Part shown: positions 58,233 to 64,000 of the stretch, one piece after another
How the letters are laid out: every line of letters starts with the position of its first letter
Position numbering within the stretch: the first letter of the stretch is position 1
NCBI GenBank assembly: GCA_951406725.2
Contig: OX597841.1
Coordinates: forward strand, 11,222,001-11,286,000
Reading direction: 5' to 3'
Length of the DNA stretch: 64,000 nucleotides
From: Octopus vulgaris
Lineage: Eukaryota
Notes under the pieces: generated by a model
Seen by the model: only the letters and a program-made list of their open reading frames with translations
Databases searched by the model: none
Told to the model about the DNA's origin: nothing
Position numbers and translations under genes: made by a program

Positions 58233-58778
58233 TTATATATAATAGCGAGAATAATATGTTAATGGAAAGTAAGAAAACCTATCAACCCCAAATTAAAGAA
58301 AGGTGCTAAAATAGTCAAACCAAAGAACAAAGCACTATGAAAATATACAATCACAATCACCAGTCCTCTACCAAACCAGGCAATAACATTAACAATAATA
58401 AAAACGATCAAAGTCAAAATAATAGCAAGAACTAACTAATATTGATAAGCCCACTAAATTACTAAGTTCAACGATTCTGATTAATCTATCTAGATTTTAA
58501 AAGGATAAGCATCTAATTAATCAACTCAATCGATTTCATTTGAAAGAGTACAAATACACTCAAATCCATTATATAAACTCGTTATATTAATATCCATGTA
58601 TAAAATCTATAGATTTAATATATCACACTATAAAAAGTTACACATTAACAATATATTAAAATACAAACTAGTATATTTAAAAAAAATTACGATTTAATGA
58701 AAATGATATCTAATTATAATAAGAAATAAAGTCTAACCATTATAAATTCTCAAATTAAATGATATGTAAAACGTAAAA

Positions 58779-59291
58779 TCTATATATATAAAAGTGTAGT
58801 TGTGTGAGTGTCTGTCCCCTTCGATTTAGATTCCTAACTACTTCCACATTTTGCGGTGCAGTTTAACCAAATTCGGGTATCTTATAGTCGTGATTCATAT
58901 CGAGCCCGTCTGGGTATTAGCGCGCGTCTACGATGAGTCTACGATTTTAAAAATAATTTAACATAATTTTTTATTCCATTTTAATGCATATTTTTCGTGT
59001 GTCGATGGCGGCGGAGTTGGCGTCCATGATCACACCTGCACCTGTGTTGCTTCTCCCCCTTCTTCCCTCCCTCGTGAAGCTGTGGGGAAGGGAGTGTAAG
59101 GAAATCAACGTCGTAAAGCGTTGTCAAGGAGACCAGCGTTCTTTTAGAACAACGACTTCATGGCTTGAAGACACCAAAACAGAAATGGCTAAGAAAGCCC
59201 GAATTGTCATCTATAAGGGAATTAACTCTCTAAAAATGCTTATATAGTTATTTCCCTTACAAACCCGAGCAACGCCGGGCGATACTGCTAG
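58779..59291 (+). mobile_element. Non-autonomous Helitron with extra internal segment
   Basis: Same termini as 57799-58195; different interior at ~58995-59210. Confidence 0.85.
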
Positions 59292-59906
59292 TCTTTTATA
59301 ACACTTAAACATCGGACGTAAAAAATACTATGAAGAAACTATAAATAAATAAAAATATAACATCAAGCAAAAATAATATCAACAAAAATAACAAATACAC
59401 AGCGGTTCAATAATCAAGGAAAATAGAGGAATTATAAAATCAGACTAGGATTACAAAGAATAAGTCCTGGGGTCGATTTCTTCGACTAAAGGTGGTGCCC
59501 CAGCATGACAGTCAAATGACTGAAACGTGTAAGAGAATACAAAGAATAAAAGAATAAAAGAACAATGGAAAAAATATTGAGTCCTGATGTAAAGGAAATG
59601 GGTGTGTGATCTTATCACGTGGCATGTATTCTGTCGTTATGTGCTGTTTCGAAGGCAGTAACTCTCATCAGACGGTGTGACAACAGCTAGCAGAAGGCTG
59701 TCAGTCACATCCGGCTAAATATATTCGTCGCAAATGACGTATGTATCGAAAAATAGCAACACTAGAGATCCTATCAGGGATACACATGTATACAAACATT
59801 TGTACGCACTGACGTTAGTGGAAACTAAAGAAAGAAAAAGTACTCGATACCATGAGTGGAGTATAGAAAATTTATACAACTGTTTTGTAGATATACACAC
59901 ACATAT

Positions 59907-60093
59907 ACTCTTTTACTTGTTTCAGTCATTTGACTGCGACCATGCTGGAGCACCGCCTTTAGTCGAGCAAATCGACCCCGGGACCTATTCTTTGTAAGCC
60001 CTGTACTTATTCTATCGGTCTCTTTTGCCGAACCGCTAAGTGACGGGGACATAAACACTCCAGCATCGGTTGTCAAGCAATGCTAGGGAGACA

Positions 60094-60192
<99 letters not shown>

Positions 60193-60357
60193 GACGAAGG
60201 CTTCTTTCAGTTTCTGTCTACCAAATCCACTCACGACGCATTGGTCGGCCCGGGGCTATAGCAGAAGACACTTGCCCAAGATGCCACGCAGTGGGACTGA
60301 ACCCGGAACCATGTGGTTGGTTAGCAAGCTACTTACCACACAGCCACTCCTGCGCCT
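59907..60357 (-). mobile_element. SINE family A, full length
   Basis: Matches consensus. Confidence 0.9.
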
Positions 60358-60409
60358 ATACGTACAAAAGTTTTGTACATATATGTGTGTGTGTGTGTGT
60401 GTGTGCGTG

Positions 60410-60456
<47 letters not shown>

Positions 60457-60519
60457 CTCTATCTATTCTTTTACTTGTTTCAGTCATTTGCTGCCATGCT
60501 GGAGCACCGCCTTTAATTG

Positions 60520-60739
60520 AAGAAAACGCACACAGAAGCGGAGATGCACACGCTGGCAGACAGATACACACACACACACACACACACACACGAGAAGAGA
60601 AAACGCACACCCGTACGTACACACACACACACATACACATGCAGACATGCACGCACACACAGAAACAGAAAATACACGCACACACACACACACACACCAA
60701 CAGAAGCGGAGATGCACTCGCTGGTAGACAAACAAAACA

Positions 60740-60772
<33 letters not shown>

Positions 60773-60826
60773 GAAAACGCACGCACATACAGATGCAGAA
60801 AGCGCACACACACGCGCGCACACATC

Positions 60827-60857
<31 letters not shown>

Positions 60858-60885
60858 GCGGAGATGCACTCGCTGGTAGACAAAC

Positions 60886-60926
<41 letters not shown>

Positions 60927-61187
60927 AAACGCACGCACATACAGATGCAGAAAGCGCACACACACGCGCGCACACATCCACACACACACACACACACACA
61001 CACGAAAACGCACGCACATACAGATGCAGAAAGCGCACACACACGCGCGCACACATCCACACACACACACACACACACGAAAACGCACGCACATACAGAT
61101 GCAGAAAGCGCACACACACGCGCGCACACATCCACACACACACACACACACACAGAGAAGCGGAGATGCACTCGCTGGTAGACAAAC

Positions 61188-61227
<40 letters not shown>

Positions 61228-61281
61228 TCCACACACACGTACAGAGAAGCGGCGGTGCACACGCTGGCAGACAGACAAAGA

Positions 61282-61313
<32 letters not shown>

Positions 61314-61340
61314 GCCAGACGCACTTGCACACACTGAGAC
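60520..61340. repeat. Compound (CA)n-based minisatellite
   Basis: Repeated AGAAGCGGAGATGCACTCGCTGGTAGAC and GAAAACGCACGCACATACAGATGCAG modules separated by (CA)n. Confidence 0.9.
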
Positions 61341-61450
61341 GCATCGGTGCTCCCGCTTACGCCCAGTAATCCGGTTGCATAATCAGACACCGAAAACCAG
61401 CGCAACGAACGGAAGCTTCTTTGTGTAACAATCTACACTTTTTTTTTTCT

Positions 61451-61824
61451 GTTACTTGTTTCAGCCATTTGACTGCGGCCATGCTGGAGCGCCGCCTTCA
61501 GTCGAGCAAATCGACCCCGGGACTTATTCTTTTTGTAAGCCCAGTACTTATTCTATCGGTCTCTTTTGCCGAACCGCTAAGTGACGGGGACGTAAACACA
61601 CCTGCATCGGTTGTCAAGCAATGCTAGGGGGACAAACACACACACACCCATATATATATACGACGGGCTTCTTTCAGTTTCCGTCTACCAAATCCACTCA
61701 CAAGGCATTGGTCGGCCCAGGGCTATAGCAGAAGACACTTGCCCAAGGTGCCACGCAGTGGGACTGAACCCGGAACCATGTGGTTGGTTAGCAAGCTACT
61801 TACCACACAGCCACTCCTGCGCCT
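61451..61824 (-). mobile_element. SINE family A, full length
   Basis: Matches consensus. Confidence 0.9.
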
Positions 61825-62147
61825 GTTTACTTTTTTTTTATTTAGGTCGCTCTTTTGTGTTGGTTCGTCGTGAATAACACACACATGCTACTACATACAT
61901 ACACGGACACACACACACACACAATAGATACACATACAGGCGCACACACACACACACCAATATGGGAGTGGGTATTTGCTTTTTTTTTCTGCTTTTTCTG
62001 CTCTCCTTTCTCTCTCTCTCTCACTTTATATCTATATATTTACATAAATATATATATACATATATGTTTGTATAGGTGTGTATACACACACAGAGTTATT
62101 TGTATGTATATATCGTGATATATATTCATATATTAAATATACATGTC

Positions 62148-62186
<39 letters not shown>

Positions 62187-62218
62187 ATGCATCTCCTTTC
62201 TTCCTGTCTCTCTCACTT

Positions 62219-62261
<43 letters not shown>

Positions 62262-62306
62262 GCATGTATGTATGTATGTATGTATGTATGTATATATATA
62301 CATACA

Positions 62307-62379
<73 letters not shown>

Positions 62380-62380
62380 A

Positions 62381-62427
<47 letters not shown>

Positions 62428-62560
62428 TAAAACACAAACATGTATATGCTATACGCAAATGTTTATGCATATTCATATATGTCTATAGAAGTATATATAT
62501 GTGCATATACATGCATATATATATGTATGTATGCGTATATATATATATATATATATACAC

Positions 62561-62660
<100 letters not shown>

Positions 62661-63567
62661 AGTGTGTGTATAAATATAAACACACACACTCTCACACACA
62701 CACATCTTTGGTTAAAACTGTGTCAAAATGCTGTGGCATCGAACTTCCACCGGTTCATCAAGCGTTCGTCGCTCCACTCTCCAAAACTTGTTCATTTTCC
62801 AATATTGGGACACAATTTGAAACAAAACCGCTTCAATTTCATTTTCCGAAATTTGCAAATTGCTTCTATTTTGGGGTCAAATACGTTTATTGTGCGTAGA
62901 AATAAACATATATTAGATAAACAGTTAGATGGGCTTCAAAGACACAACAGCAACAACAAGAACAGCAACAGCAGCAGCATTAACAATGAGAGAATTAACA
63001 ACAACGACAACAACAACAACAACCATAACTATTGCAACAACGCCATCGATCGATCGATCGCTTATTGATTTTGTAAATTGCAGCGGCAATATGCCACTAA
63101 CGTTACTTCGTTCGGAAGATGTGACCGAGACGTTTTGAAATGCTGACGGATTTAAGAAGGCTATCTGAGGCAAATGGTGGGTGGGCCAGCGGAAGCATTA
63201 TTACTCCGCCACTAATAACTTTTGACTATGCTAAAATAGTTTTTACGCACACATTGAAACAAACGTAGGGCTAAGAATTTCGCGTGACAAGGGTCAGTTT
63301 CAAAACCACATGTTGAGTAAAAGTCGGGGAAATGGGGACACTGAGGAAGCTGTTCCACCCAAATTCTAATGCCTGACCGCCTCAGCAGAGGTCCCTGGTG
63401 ACGCTTAGAAATATATCCAGGAGCCCATGGCTTACCGTGGTATTTCACATCATGTCACAATGTTTCAGACTTTCGCTGACCAATTAACAGGATTGGCATA
63501 TGTCCATCATACACACACACACACACACACACGCACACACAGACATACATACATATAAATAAATAAA

Positions 63568-63815
63568 TGCACCCTTTTAAAGCCTAGCCAGGCTCATGGG
63601 CCCGGTTTCCCGGTTTCTATGGCATACGTGTTCCGCAGATGGACGGGACGCCAGTCCATCGCAGTGTTACTCATTTTTGCGAGCTGAGTGGACTGGAGCA
63701 ACGTGAAATGAAGTATTTTGCTCAAGAACACAACGCGTCGCCCGGTCCAGGAATCGAAACCACAATCTTACGATCATGATACTGACACCCTAACCATTAA
63801 GCCATGCGCCTCCAC
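63568..63815 (-). mobile_element. tRNA-derived SINE (family C)
   Basis: Homologous to 21140-21386. Confidence 0.85.
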
Positions 63816-64000
63816 ATACATACATATAAGTATAGGTAAATATATTTATGTATGTATACATGTGTATGTGTGTGTGTGTGTGCGTGCGTGTGTGTGTGTG
63901 TGCATAATCTAATAGAGGTGGCATGGCTTTGTGGTAAGAAGCTTGCTTCCCACCCACATAGTTCTGGGTTCAGTCCCACTGCGTGGCACCTTGAGCAAGT

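Noticed and set aside
58220-58778. Possible decayed PLE ORF in A-rich sequence
   Set aside because: No diagnostic motif could be read.

Overview
Eukaryotic, extremely microsatellite- and transposon-rich DNA. The SINE families look like those of octopus; that assignment is recognition from memory, not a database result. Almost every long ORF in the supplied track is a simple-repeat artefact. One convincing host exon is present: a terminal exon at 28190-28970 encoding a transmembrane helix plus a PPxY-motif tail. Otherwise the window holds many tRNA-derived SINEs, non-autonomous Helitrons, MITEs, decayed hAT, mariner, R4/Dong, RTE and Penelope (GIY-YIG) fragments, several minisatellites and a 28S rRNA fragment. 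The most striking signal is about 20 minimal type I hammerhead-ribozyme motifs (CUGANGA...GAAA-palindrome-UH), some intact and some degenerate. They sit in short, often fold-back elements whose 3' ends abut (TA)n. One example is a 2-kb structure of four ~570-bp hammerhead-bearing units (38515-40535) resembling a retrozyme or Penelope-pLTR multimer. All RNA structures were folded by eye, and coordinates of degenerate elements are approximate.
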